Of a DNA stretch of 64,000 nt, positions 9,310 through 18,943 are shown in pieces (the stretch's first letter is position 1; each line of letters begins with the position of its first letter). The translations under genes and the position numbers were made by a program. The DNA is from an uncultured Jatrophihabitans sp. (GTDB lineage: Bacteria; Actinomycetota; Actinomycetes; Mycobacteriales; Jatrophihabitantaceae). Where the stretch lies: positions 29,945-93,944 of the forward strand of contig NZ_CAXULP010000006.1 in NCBI RefSeq assembly GCF_964251945.1. The letters are read 5' to 3'. Under the pieces are notes generated by a model. It was not told where the DNA came from. It saw nothing but the letters and a program-made list of their open reading frames with translations, and ran no database searches.

Positions 9310-10163
9310 GCACCCAGCCCGGCAGGCTCGACGGACGTGTCGCCGTCGTCACCGGCGCGAGCTCGGGCAACGGCCGGGCGACGGCGCTGGCCCTGGCCCG
9401 CGAGGGGGCCGCGGTCGCCTGCGCCGACCTGCGCCCCGATCCGGCGAGCGGCGGCTTCGAGGGAACGGGGGTCCTGCCCACCCACGAGCAGATCGAGGAC
9501 CTGGGCGGGTCCGCGTCCTACGTGCACGCCGACGTGACCTCGCCGGAGGAGATGGATGCGCTCGGTCAGCACGCGGTCGACCGGCACGGCCGCATCGACA
9601 TCTGGGTCAACAACGCGGGCATCGTCGTGCCGTCTCCCATCGACGACATGCCCATCGACGCGTTCAACAAGGAGCTGGCGGTCGATCTGACCGGCACCTG
9701 GCTCGGCTGCAAGGTGGCCGCCCGGGCGATGCGCTCCCAGCCGCGCATCGGCCGCGCGGCGGGTCACATCATCAACCTGGGCTCCATCGCCGGGTCCTTC
9801 GGCAACGCGAATATCACCGCGTACGCCGCGGCCAAGGGCGGGGTGCACGCCATGACCCGCGCGCTGGCCACCGAGCTCGGCGGGGACGGGATCACCGTGA
9901 ACGCCGTGCTGCCGGGCTTCTTGCCGACGGCGATGAACCGGGGGTTCTGGGATCATCCGCAGATGCTCGCGGCGATCCTGGCCGCCACCGCGCTCGCCCA
10001 TCCCGGGATGCCGGAGGATGTCGCGAACGCGATCGTCTTCCTGGCCTCCGAGGACGCGGCCTGGATCACCGGCGTGCTGCTTCCGGTCGACGGCGGCTTC
10101 AGCGCGATCGGCGCCTTCACCTCGATGGTCGACGTCATGCTCGGCATGTCCGAGGACGCCTAG
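9306..10163 (+). CDS. SDR family oxidoreductase
   Basis: TGASSGNG, NNAG and YAAAK motifs; ATGA overlap. Confidence 0.9.
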   Translation: MSTQPGRLDGRVAVVTGASSGNGRATALALAREGAAVACADLRPDPASGGFEGTGVLPTHEQIEDLGGSASYVHADVTSPEEMDALGQHAVDRHGRIDIWVNNAGIVVPSPIDDMPIDAFNKELAVDLTGTWLGCKVAARAMRSQPRIGRAAGHIINLGSIAGSFGNANITAYAAAKGGVHAMTRALATELGGDGITVNAVLPGFLPTAMNRGFWDHPQMLAAILAATALAHPGMPEDVANAIVFLASEDAAWITGVLLPVDGGFSAIGAFTSMVDVMLGMSEDA

Positions 10164-10215
10164 CCGCTTCGCCCGGCGACAGTCGCCGCGTGCCAGTCGT
10201 CGGCGAGCAGCGCCA

Positions 10216-10656
10216 TCACACGCAGCGCGCACCGCTGTCTATCGCCCACGTCCCGTTCGGCAGCCGCACGGCATGCAGCGAGACCGTTCCGTCGATCAGC
10301 GTGGCCGCACCGCGACCGACCTGCCCGGGGTCAGCCAGCACCCACACCGATGACGGTGTCCCAAATCCCGCCACTTCGCCGCGACGTACGAACGACCGGG
10401 CGGCCGCGACCGGATCAGCCGCGCCTCGGAACCCGGCGGCAAGCGACAACCCAAACCCGCTGCCCTGAGCCCGACATGGGGGCACAGCACGCCCCGCGGC
10501 CTCCGGCGAGATCGCCGTCGACGTCGCCGCGAGCGAGGTCGCCGACGACGCCCGACGGCCAGTCGCGGCGGTCTTGCTTGCGCAACCCGACAACCAAACC
10601 GCGGCCGCCAAACCAACGAGCACCGCTCCCGCAGAGGTCTTCGAACGAGCCGTCAT
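10216..10656 (-). CDS. Hypothetical lipoprotein
   Basis: Basic N-terminus, hydrophobic stretch, LSGC lipobox, Ser/Thr/Ala linker, small C-terminal domain with two Cys. Confidence 0.6.
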   Translation of the reverse strand: MTARSKTSAGAVLVGLAAAVWLSGCASKTAATGRRASSATSLAATSTAISPEAAGRAVPPCRAQGSGFGLSLAAGFRGAADPVAAARSFVRRGEVAGFGTPSSVWVLADPGQVGRGAATLIDGTVSLHAVRLPNGTWAIDSGARCV

Positions 10657-10788
10657 CGCACTCCCCCTCCACAACTCCATACGCCAGTGTGGGACTTCGC
10701 GACCCGCCCGGCGAGCTGGCCTGGTCGACCACCGGTCGTGTGATGCGAAGCTTGAGGCGGCAACGACGACAGCCGGGAGTTCTCGCTG

Positions 10789-12249
10789 ATGCGCACTGTG
10801 CAGGTGGACGGACAGCATCTGTCCGCCGACGATCTGGCCGGGGTGTGCAGCGGGCCGATGCACGCCGTGGTGACCGACGAGGCGATGGCCCGCGTCCGCG
10901 CTTCGCACGACTGGGCCGTCCGGCTGCGCGGGGAGCGGCCGATGTACGGACGCAGCACCGGCGTGGGCGCGAACCGCGAAGTAGTCGTCGAGCCGAGCGT
11001 CGAAGCGGCGCAGGCGCTGCTCGTCAGCCACGCGACGACGGCCGGTCCGATCCGAAGCGCAGAACGCGTGCGCGCGATGCTGCTGGTCCGGCTCAATCAG
11101 CTGTGCGCCGGAGGCTCGGGGGTCAGCCCGGACGTCGTCGCCGGGCTCGCTCGGTTGATCTGCGACGACGCGTTGCCCGTGATCCACGAGCACACCGGCG
11201 TCGGGACCGCGGACCTCTCGGCGCTCGCCGCGACGGCCCTCGCGATGCAGCGGCACGAGCGCTCGTCCGGGACCGATCCGCTGGTCCTGGGCACGGACGA
11301 CGCGCTGCCGTTTCTGTCGAGCAACGCCGCCGCGTTGGCCGACGCCGCGCTCGGCTTGTCCCGCCTGTCTGTCGCGGCACGCGCGGGGCTGGCCGTGGCC
11401 GCGCTCGCCTTCACTGCGCTGGGCGGCAACCTGGAGGCGTTCTCCCCCGCTGTCGAACGAGTGACGCCCATGCGCGGCGCGCGCGCCACCTGCCGCGCGA
11501 TGCGCGCCCTGATCGGCTCGCAGGCCAGCGCGAGCCTGCGCATCCAAGACCCCTACGGCCTGCGCGCCCTGCCGCAGAGCCACGGCGTGCTGCTCGACGC
11601 CCTGGCCGCGCTGCGCGACACCGTCGACGCCTACGTCAACGCCCCCTCGGAGAACCCGGTGGTGCTGCCCGACGGCGCGGTCGCGCACCACGGGGGCTTC
11701 CACGCCTCCTACCTCGCGGTCGCAGGCGACACCGTCCGCAACGCGGCCGTGCAGTCGGCCCAACTGGTGATCCACCGGCTGACCTATCTCAGCGAGCCGA
11801 ACCACACGGGCCTGACACCGTTTCTGGGCGACGGGACTCCCGGGGCGTCCGGCGTCATGCTCGTCGAGTACGTCGCAGCGGCGGCGCTGGGCGACCTGCG
11901 GTCTGCGGCCAATCCGGCCGCGGTGCAGACCACGAGCCTGTCGCGCGGGGTCGAGGACGCGGCCAGCTTCGCCTCGCTGTCGGCTCGGCAGCTGGTGGCG
12001 AGCGCCGAGAGCTATGAGTTGCTCGTCGCCGCCGAGCTGCTCACCGCCGTCCGCGCGAACCGGATGGCGGCCACACCGCCGACGGAGACGCTCCGCGCCG
12101 TGCTGGACACCTGCGCCGACCTGCCCACCGCCGTGGCGGACCGCGACCTCACCGTCGACATCGACATCGCCCGCCGACTCGTCAGCAAGCTCACCCGATT
12201 CGTCGATCTGCAACTGCCCGAGTCGAGCTGGGAGAACGAACTCGATTGA
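10789..12249 (+). CDS. Aromatic amino acid lyase (HAL/PAL family), lacking the ASG/MIO triad
   Basis: YGRSTGVG, SH, QDPYGLR, SENP and GVEDAASFA motifs; TGVGTADL replaces GSVGASGDL. Confidence 0.85.
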   Translation: MRTVQVDGQHLSADDLAGVCSGPMHAVVTDEAMARVRASHDWAVRLRGERPMYGRSTGVGANREVVVEPSVEAAQALLVSHATTAGPIRSAERVRAMLLVRLNQLCAGGSGVSPDVVAGLARLICDDALPVIHEHTGVGTADLSALAATALAMQRHERSSGTDPLVLGTDDALPFLSSNAAALADAALGLSRLSVAARAGLAVAALAFTALGGNLEAFSPAVERVTPMRGARATCRAMRALIGSQASASLRIQDPYGLRALPQSHGVLLDALAALRDTVDAYVNAPSENPVVLPDGAVAHHGGFHASYLAVAGDTVRNAAVQSAQLVIHRLTYLSEPNHTGLTPFLGDGTPGASGVMLVEYVAAAALGDLRSAANPAAVQTTSLSRGVEDAASFASLSARQLVASAESYELLVAAELLTAVRANRMAATPPTETLRAVLDTCADLPTAVADRDLTVDIDIARRLVSKLTRFVDLQLPESSWENELD

Positions 12250-12279
12250 CGGGCCGGCCAGCCGGCATCGCCTATCGCC

Positions 12280-12567
12280 CTACTCGGTGAGCGAGATGTC
12301 CGAGGGATGCGTGGCGAGCGGCGTGACCTCGATCGTCATGAACTTGAACAGCGGCAGGTTCCAGAGCAGGTCGTGCAGCTCGGCGTTGTCGACGACGTCG
12401 AAGACGCTGAGGTTCGAATACTGGCCGACGATCCGCCAGATGTGCGGCCACTTCCCGGAGCGCTGGAGTTCGTGGCTGTAGGCCTTCTCCCGGGCGAGCG
12501 TGTCCGCGCGCTCGCCCGGGTCCATGTCGAGCGGCAGGTCGACATCCATCTTCACCGCGAAGAGCAT
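12280..12567 (-). CDS. catC: Muconolactone delta-isomerase
   Basis: MLFAVKMDV...REKAYS...LPLFKFM...HPS; 95 aa; follows catA. Confidence 0.95.
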   Translation of the reverse strand: MLFAVKMDVDLPLDMDPGERADTLAREKAYSHELQRSGKWPHIWRIVGQYSNLSVFDVVDNAELHDLLWNLPLFKFMTIEVTPLATHPSDISLTE

Positions 12568-12571
12568 CGGC

Positions 12572-13420
12572 TCAGGCCGGGTCCAGGATGAAGTCGTACT
12601 CGACGTCGACACCCGCGCCGTCCGAAGTCGGCTTGGGGTCGAGCATCAGCTCGGGCTTGACGGCCGCGGCGATGTCGTCGTCGTTGTGCGGATCGCCCGG
12701 GAAGTACAGCTGCGTGGTAATGAGCAGATGATCGGGAGCCGAGACCTTGAGATGCAGGTGCGCCGGTCGCCAGGCATGCCAGTTCGCGGCGCGGATGATC
12801 GCGCCCGTCGCTCCATCGGTGGGGATCTGGTACGGCGCCGGCTGGATGGTGTGGATGGTGAAGTGGCCGTTCTCGTCGGTGGTGAACACGCCGCGCAGGT
12901 TCCACTCCGGGATGCCGGGGGCGAACTGGGCGTAGAAGCCCTCGTCGTCGCAGTGCCAGATGTCCACAGTCGCGTGGGCCAGCGGCTTGCCGGCGACGCT
13001 GCGAACCTGGCCGTGGAAGGTCATCGGGGTGCCGGCCTCGCCGTCGCGCATCGGCAGCGTGCCGTCGGAGCCCAGCTGCGGCGCGCCGGGGGCGTAGAAC
13101 GGCCCTTCGATGGTGCCCTTGCTGCCCTCGCGCGGCGCGTTTACGACCTCTTCGACGACGTGCTCGACGAACACGTCGAGGAAGAGCGGCCACTCACCGT
13201 CAGCGCCGACCTGGATCAACCAGGATTTCAGCGCGTCGTACTCGGCGTAGGTGACCTGGTGCTTGCGGATCGTGGCGTGGACGGCGTCGAGCACCTCGCG
13301 GGCGAGCAGGCTGACGCGCTCAGGCGAGGTGTCGGCGGCGACTGCTTTGTCGGTTCGGAATCGTTCGGTGGCTGACGCGCCCGTGGCGGCGGCGGTCGCC
13401 TTCTCTTCGACGGTGGTCAT
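12572..13420 (-). CDS. catA: Catechol 1,2-dioxygenase
   Basis: TIEGPFY, GFY, PAPY and WRPAHLH intradiol motifs. Confidence 0.95.
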   Translation of the reverse strand: MTTVEEKATAAATGASATERFRTDKAVAADTSPERVSLLAREVLDAVHATIRKHQVTYAEYDALKSWLIQVGADGEWPLFLDVFVEHVVEEVVNAPREGSKGTIEGPFYAPGAPQLGSDGTLPMRDGEAGTPMTFHGQVRSVAGKPLAHATVDIWHCDDEGFYAQFAPGIPEWNLRGVFTTDENGHFTIHTIQPAPYQIPTDGATGAIIRAANWHAWRPAHLHLKVSAPDHLLITTQLYFPGDPHNDDDIAAAVKPELMLDPKPTSDGAGVDVEYDFILDPA

Positions 13421-13465
13421 GTTCGGTCCCTTCGTTGGGTTCGTCCGGCCGCGTGTGCCGGAAGT

Positions 13466-14569
13466 TCAGTTGTCCTGGCGGTAGCGGGTGAGCTTGTCCT
13501 CGTCGATCTCAATGCCGAGGCCGGGCGCCTCGCGGACCCGCAGGCTTCCGTCGCGGATCTGCAGGGGCTCGGCGAGCAGGTCGTCCGTCATGTCGAGGAA
13601 GTTGGACAGCTCGCCGGCGCGGCGTGAGGTGAGTTCGAAGGCGGCGCCGAACGCGAGGCTGCACAGCGACCCGATCTGGCCGTCGATCTGGTTGCCCATG
13701 ACGACGTCGACACCCAGTCCCTCACACTGGAACAGCACGCGCTGGGAGTAGGTGAAGCCGGTGCGGGCCGTCTTGATGCTGATCCCGGTCGCCGCGCCGT
13801 CGAGCAGCTCCCGGGTGACCTCGCCGGGGCGCGAGACGCTCTCGTCGGCGAACATCGGAATGCTGCTCTGCGAGACGAGCCACCGGCGGCCGAGGACGTC
13901 GTCGGCCGGGCACAGCTCCTCGGCGAACTGCAGGTCCAGGTCGGCCATCGCGCGCAGCGCGCGGGCGGAGTCTGCGGCGGTCCAGCCACGGTTGCCGTCG
14001 ATGTAAAGCTCGATGCCGTCGCCGAGCGCTTCTCGAAGGGCTCGGCATGCGGCGACGTCCATGTCGATCGGCCGGCGGCCGACCTTGACCTTGAAGGTCG
14101 TGATGCCGTACTCCTCGCGCACGCGGCCAGCCTCGGCGACCATCTCAGCCGGCTCAGCGAATCCGACCATGTGCGCGACGCGCATGCGGTTGCCGTAACC
14201 GCCGAGCAGGTCGGTGACCGGCAGGCCGACGGACTGGCCGATGATGTCCCACAGAGCCATGTCGAGGGCTGACTTCGCGGTCGGATTGGCGATTGTGCGG
14301 TTGAGTCGCGTGTGGACGCTTTCGCGCTCGAGCGGGGACAGACCCACGATCTGCGGGGCGAAGATCGTGTCGATGACGCCGATGATCGACGCCTGGGTCT
14401 CGCCGTAGGTGAACGCACGCGGCGGCGCCTCCGCCGTGCCCACCAACCCGTCGTCGGTGTGCACCCGCACCAGGACGTGCTCGGCGGCGAGCACCTCGCC
14501 AGAGGCGAAGCGCAGCGGCTTGCGATACGGGATCGAGAACGGGATCGCCTCGATCTTCGTGATCTTCAT
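13466..14569 (-). CDS. catB: Muconate cycloisomerase
   Basis: Enolase superfamily KVKVG, DGN, EE and DES motifs; cat cluster context. Confidence 0.92.
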   Translation of the reverse strand: MKITKIEAIPFSIPYRKPLRFASGEVLAAEHVLVRVHTDDGLVGTAEAPPRAFTYGETQASIIGVIDTIFAPQIVGLSPLERESVHTRLNRTIANPTAKSALDMALWDIIGQSVGLPVTDLLGGYGNRMRVAHMVGFAEPAEMVAEAGRVREEYGITTFKVKVGRRPIDMDVAACRALREALGDGIELYIDGNRGWTAADSARALRAMADLDLQFAEELCPADDVLGRRWLVSQSSIPMFADESVSRPGEVTRELLDGAATGISIKTARTGFTYSQRVLFQCEGLGVDVVMGNQIDGQIGSLCSLAFGAAFELTSRRAGELSNFLDMTDDLLAEPLQIRDGSLRVREAPGLGIEIDEDKLTRYRQDN

Positions 14570-14702
14570 CGATGCCTCCCCAGCGGTTGTGGTGGCGGGT
14601 CAGCGTCTGCCAGTCGGTGCGACCAGCGGATTCGACGAGTGTCACACCGCGCGAAGGGCCTTGGGAAATACTAAATTCGTTGCGAATAGGACGTTGAGCG
14701 TC

Positions 14703-15617
14703 CTAGCGAGATCGGTTGCGCACTCGGCGCGCGCCGCCGATGAGTGTCTCGGCGCGCGCGCGAACGCGGGCGACGTGTGGGGATCGATCGTCCACGCGGG
14801 TTGCCAGGGCGAGTTCGACTTCTTCGGTGTTGCCGGCAAGCGGCAGGTAGTGGGCGCCCGTGATCTTCAAATGCTGCACCGACGCTGGGACGAGCGCGAC
14901 GCCGAGCCCGGCGGCGACGAACGAGACCAGCGTCGAGGTCTCGCCGACCTCGTGCACCAATGATGGAGCGAAGCCGGAACGCTGGCAGGCGTCGATGACC
15001 GACTCGTAGACCACGGAGCGGTGGTGCGACGGGTAGGTGATGAACGGTTCGTCTCGGAGGTCGGCGAGCTTGACCTTGGCCCGACCCGCCAGCGGATGCG
15101 CCTCAGGCAGAACAGCGATCAACGGTTCGCGGCGCAGCACCCTGACGTCGATATCCGCGCTGCGCACAGGGGGCCGGAGGAAGGCCAGATCCAGCGTGCC
15201 GTCGAGCAGCGCGGAAACCTGATCCGGCGTCAACATCTCGCCCTTCAGATCGAGCTCGATTCCTGGGAGCTCCGCCCGGAGAACCCGCGCCAGGGAGGGC
15301 AGTAGATCGTAGGTCGCCGATCCGGTGAACCCGATGGCCAGCGTTCCCACCATCCCGTCCGCGACCCGCACCGCCTCGTCGACCGCCTCGTCGACGGACA
15401 ACACGATCTGTCGGGCACGGTCGAGGAAGCGCTCGCCGGCGGGGGTCAGCTCGACTTTGCGGGTCGAGCGGGTAAACAGGGTGACACCCATCTCGGCCTC
15501 GAGATGCTTGATCTGCTGCGACAACGGCGGTTGCGCCATTTGCAGCCGGGCGGCGGCGCGGCCGAAGTGGCACTCCTCCGCCACCGCGATGAAGTAATGG
15601 ATGCGCCGCAGTTCCAT
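14703..15617 (-). CDS. catR: LysR family regulator of the cat genes (CatR/BenM-like)
   Basis: MELRRIHYFIAVAEECHFGRAAARLQMAQPPLSQQI; directly upstream of catB. Confidence 0.85.
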   Translation of the reverse strand: MELRRIHYFIAVAEECHFGRAAARLQMAQPPLSQQIKHLEAEMGVTLFTRSTRKVELTPAGERFLDRARQIVLSVDEAVDEAVRVADGMVGTLAIGFTGSATYDLLPSLARVLRAELPGIELDLKGEMLTPDQVSALLDGTLDLAFLRPPVRSADIDVRVLRREPLIAVLPEAHPLAGRAKVKLADLRDEPFITYPSHHRSVVYESVIDACQRSGFAPSLVHEVGETSTLVSFVAAGLGVALVPASVQHLKITGAHYLPLAGNTEEVELALATRVDDRSPHVARVRARAETLIGGARRVRNRSR

Positions 15618-15768
15618 CGCCGCAGGCTAGTTCTCCCCGCTGAGTAGATCCAGACCTTGCGCGTCTTAGTCGCACCGATTTGAGTCATTGCCTCTGCAGT
15701 CGGCAGTGCTCGAGCAAACGCATAGCCGAACCCGGCAGAGGAATCGCTCGTCATGCCATCATGCGATC

Positions 15769-16512
15769 ATGCGAATCGCCGTTGCCGGAGCCACCGGAAA
15801 CATCGGTGCGCTCACCGTCGTCGCGCTCGAACGGGCGGGCCACGATGTCGTTCACATCAGCCGTTCGCTCGGTGTGGACCTGCTGACCGGCGCCGGGCTC
15901 GACGCGGCATTGGCCGGCGTCGAGGCCGTCATCGACGCCACGAACTCCGCCGCGACCGACCTCGCTGAGGCAGTCGAATATTTCCGCGCCACCACCCGGA
16001 ACCTGCTTGCCGCTGAAGAGCGGGCCGGCGTCCGCCATCACGTGCTCCTGTCGATCGCCGGGGTCGACCGCGTCGAGGGAGACGCGCACTACGTAGGCAA
16101 GCAGGAACAGGCACGCCTGGTGGCTGCGGGTGCGGTGCCGTGGACGATCGTTCCGGCCACCCAGTTTCATGACTTCGCCGCGATGGTCGTGCAATGGAGC
16201 GAGCACGAAGGCGTCGCCACGATTGCGCCGCTGCTGGTGCAGCCGATAGCGCCCGCGGACGTCGCAGACATCCTCGCCGAGATCGCCGCGGGCCCGCCGC
16301 AGGGCCGCTACGTCGACATCGCCGGACCCGACCGGCAGGACCTGGTCGACATGGCCCGCCGCACCAACGACGCCCGCGGGCACGTGGTCAAGCTCGTGCC
16401 GACGTGGTCGGGGATGTTCGGCCTGGCGATGGCCGGCGACGTGCTGCTGCCCGGCGCCGGCGCCCGCATCGCCCCGACCACCTTCGAGGACTGGCTCGCG
16501 ACGCAGCGTTAG
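15769..16512 (+). CDS. NAD(P)H-binding atypical SDR / NmrA-like protein
   Basis: MRIAVAGATGNIG; ATQFHDF motif. Confidence 0.85.
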   Translation: MRIAVAGATGNIGALTVVALERAGHDVVHISRSLGVDLLTGAGLDAALAGVEAVIDATNSAATDLAEAVEYFRATTRNLLAAEERAGVRHHVLLSIAGVDRVEGDAHYVGKQEQARLVAAGAVPWTIVPATQFHDFAAMVVQWSEHEGVATIAPLLVQPIAPADVADILAEIAAGPPQGRYVDIAGPDRQDLVDMARRTNDARGHVVKLVPTWSGMFGLAMAGDVLLPGAGARIAPTTFEDWLATQR

Positions 16513-16548
16513 ATCCCGTGCCAGCACGCACGGCAGCGTAAGGATCCC

Positions 16549-16860
16549 GTGTCGATGGCGTGGCTTTCGCGTGGCTGCCGCTGCGGCGCCGTTCGTCATC
16601 GGCGCATTGTCCAGGTTGGGCGGCGGCAGTTCGTCACCAGCGCTCATCCCCCAGTTGGTTCCCGAGCCAGGAGTCCAGCCATCGGCCCTATCGAGTTGCT
16701 CGTGGGGTTTGCCCTCGCGTTTGGCGGTGTCGTCGCCACCTTGGCGGCCTACGGCGGGCGCTGGGCGGACCCGGACGCGCCCAGCGGCCTGCGGATGACG
16801 GGACCTGCAGAACTGATCGTCGGTCTCGTCCTGCTCGCGGTCGGCCTGGCTACGGTGTGA
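16549..16860 (+). CDS. Possible small membrane protein or frameshifted remnant
   Basis: Two similar hydrophobic segments (GPIELLVG, GPAELIVG) in the C-terminal half; start uncertain. Confidence 0.3.
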   Translation: MSMAWLSRGCRCGAVRHRRIVQVGRRQFVTSAHPPVGSRARSPAIGPIELLVGFALAFGGVVATLAAYGGRWADPDAPSGLRMTGPAELIVGLVLLAVGLATV

Positions 16861-16884
16861 CCGCGTGGCCGCCGCGCGCCGGGA

Positions 16885-18252
16885 TCACGTGCTGCGGTGA
16901 GACACGTCCAAGCGATCGAGTTCGGTCACCAGCAGGTCGTAGCGTCGGCGCACCTCGCTGCGATCTTCATCCTCGTCGATCCCGGCGGCGCTGCCGCGCA
17001 GGATCATGTCGGCCTGCCGCAACAGCACGGCACGCTGCTCGCTGCTCTGCGTGTAAGCGAAGACCTTCCCGAGGCTCTCCATGAGCCTGATCGCGACGGC
17101 CGGCATCGCCGCGCCCGCCTGGCGGATCTTGTCGTAGGACCGGTCGACCATCCGTCGATAGCTCGGGCCGAGACCGATCACCCGAATGGCGCCGGCAGAG
17201 TCTCGGTGCACGCCGTCGGGCAGGTCGCGCTCCGACGCGGTGCACAGGCCGTCGGCCAGCCAGTCGATGCACGTCAGGGCGGTGAAGGTGTCGTTCACCG
17301 CCGGCGACAGCGCGCGGATGGCGATCTCGACGAGTTGGTCGATCGCGAAAACCGGGTCTTGGTCCAGCGTGCGGTGCGGGCCGGTGATGTGCGCATTCTC
17401 GAGCGACGCGAGCACCTCGCGAGCGTCCGACGGCGGCCACACGCGGGCAAGCGGCAGCCCGTGGGTGACGAAATGCCCCGGGCGATGCATGACTTGCAGC
17501 ACGACGTCGTGCTTCGTCGCGATGCGGACCAGCCGTTCGTAGCCGACGAACTGGAGATATCCGCTCTTCGTCGCGACTACCGGGAAACCTTCGCCTGCCA
17601 GCAGTTCGCGCAGTTGCTCAGCGGAGCGGCCGGTGGCAAAGACACGGCGAGCCGGCGGCTGTGACGCGACCGGGAACTGGACGTCGATGGCGCGCGACAA
17701 ATTGCCGGCGATGGAGGAGATCACCACCGGAAGCTGGATGCTGACGGTGATGTGGTGAATGAAGTAGATGAGCACCAACACGTTGACGAGCACGAGGATG
17801 AGCGCAACCGTCACCGAGATCTGCGGGACGAACGTCTGCGCCGTGCTGCCTCCGCCGATCGCGCCCAGCGTGAGGACCGAGTACACGAACGTCGCGACGA
17901 ACGTGCCCAGCGTCGCCTGCGTGCCGAAATCGCGGATGAAGTTGCGCAGCATCCGCGGCCCGAATTGTTGCGACGCCAAGGTCAACGCGACGATGGTCAC
18001 CGAGAACACCACGCCCAGGACGGTGATGACGCCGGCCGCCAACGCGCTGAGCAATTGACGGGCGCCGTCAGCGCTTTCGAGGCGTATCCACGACGGCAAG
18101 ACCGTGCCGCGGTTGTAGACGTGGTAGTCGACGTTGTACGTCACGACGAACAGCGCCACTGCCGCCAGCAGCAGGGCCACCGGCACGACCCACAGCGTCG
18201 TGCGCAACGCCTCCCTGCGCCACGGCGACAGGCCGAAGGTGACTGCCCGCAA
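16885..18252 (-). CDS. DUF2254 family membrane protein
   Basis: LASQQFGPRMLRNF, QDPVFAIDQLVEIAIRALSPAVNDTFTA; start approximate. Confidence 0.88.
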   Translation of the reverse strand: MRAVTFGLSPWRREALRTTLWVVPVALLLAAVALFVVTYNVDYHVYNRGTVLPSWIRLESADGARQLLSALAAGVITVLGVVFSVTIVALTLASQQFGPRMLRNFIRDFGTQATLGTFVATFVYSVLTLGAIGGGSTAQTFVPQISVTVALILVLVNVLVLIYFIHHITVSIQLPVVISSIAGNLSRAIDVQFPVASQPPARRVFATGRSAEQLRELLAGEGFPVVATKSGYLQFVGYERLVRIATKHDVVLQVMHRPGHFVTHGLPLARVWPPSDAREVLASLENAHITGPHRTLDQDPVFAIDQLVEIAIRALSPAVNDTFTALTCIDWLADGLCTASERDLPDGVHRDSAGAIRVIGLGPSYRRMVDRSYDKIRQAGAAMPAVAIRLMESLGKVFAYTQSSEQRAVLLRQADMILRGSAAGIDEDEDRSEVRRRYDLLVTELDRLDVSHRST

Positions 18253-18513
18253 CGCCGCCGCCCTCCGACCGTTCCGCCGTTGCAGACCATCCGGCCGACC
18301 CGGGGCGCAATCGACGCTCGCCTGGAGAATATCGATCCGAACGGCCGACTCCGGACGACATCTCACGACTCGATGCGAACCGTCCGGTCTCGATGTGAGC
18401 AGCGCGTGGGGATCGCGTGACAACGACGTGTTCGGGGCGGCAGCGCCGCACTCCGGGGGCGACGCTGTCGGTTGGGGGCGACATGGCGCCACCCGTGAGC
18501 GTCGAGATCGGGA

Positions 18514-18930
18514 GTGTGGTCGGTGACTTCGGCCAATCTCGTGCGGCCCAGCCTCGCCAGTCGCCGGGCCGACGTGGTGATCACGTGGGCAGACGTCGTG
18601 GACAGCTACCTCTGCCTGCGATACGAGGTCTCGCCGGCTCCCACCGTTCTTCGTGACGGCGAGCTGCTCGAGGGCGGCGGCGCGGGCGTCGCGATCGATT
18701 CCAAGCGCCACGGATGTCATGACGGCCGCAGCGCGTATCGCAGGTCCCACACGGGAGCGCAGGTAATCGGAGCGCTGATATTCGGCCCCACCTCGTGGCC
18801 AGAGAACTGTTCGATCGCGGTGCTGTTCGCACCGTTTGCGCACACCGCGGCGCTGCACGCGCACCTGTGCGAGGTTCGCCTGCTCGTCGACGACGGCCGC
18901 GTCCGCGTCGTGTCGGCCCGCGCCGCCTGA
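18514..18930 (+). CDS. Hypothetical protein upstream of kdpA
   Basis: 138-aa ORF with plausible composition, ending 13 nt before kdpA; no recognised motif. Confidence 0.45.
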   Translation: MWSVTSANLVRPSLASRRADVVITWADVVDSYLCLRYEVSPAPTVLRDGELLEGGGAGVAIDSKRHGCHDGRSAYRRSHTGAQVIGALIFGPTSWPENCSIAVLFAPFAHTAALHAHLCEVRLLVDDGRVRVVSARAA

Positions 18931-18943
18931 TCCGGTTCGCCAC

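Noticed and set aside
18880-18943. A small kdpF gene upstream of kdpA
   Set aside because: No ~30-aa hydrophobic ORF ending in a PE[R/K]F-like motif was found.
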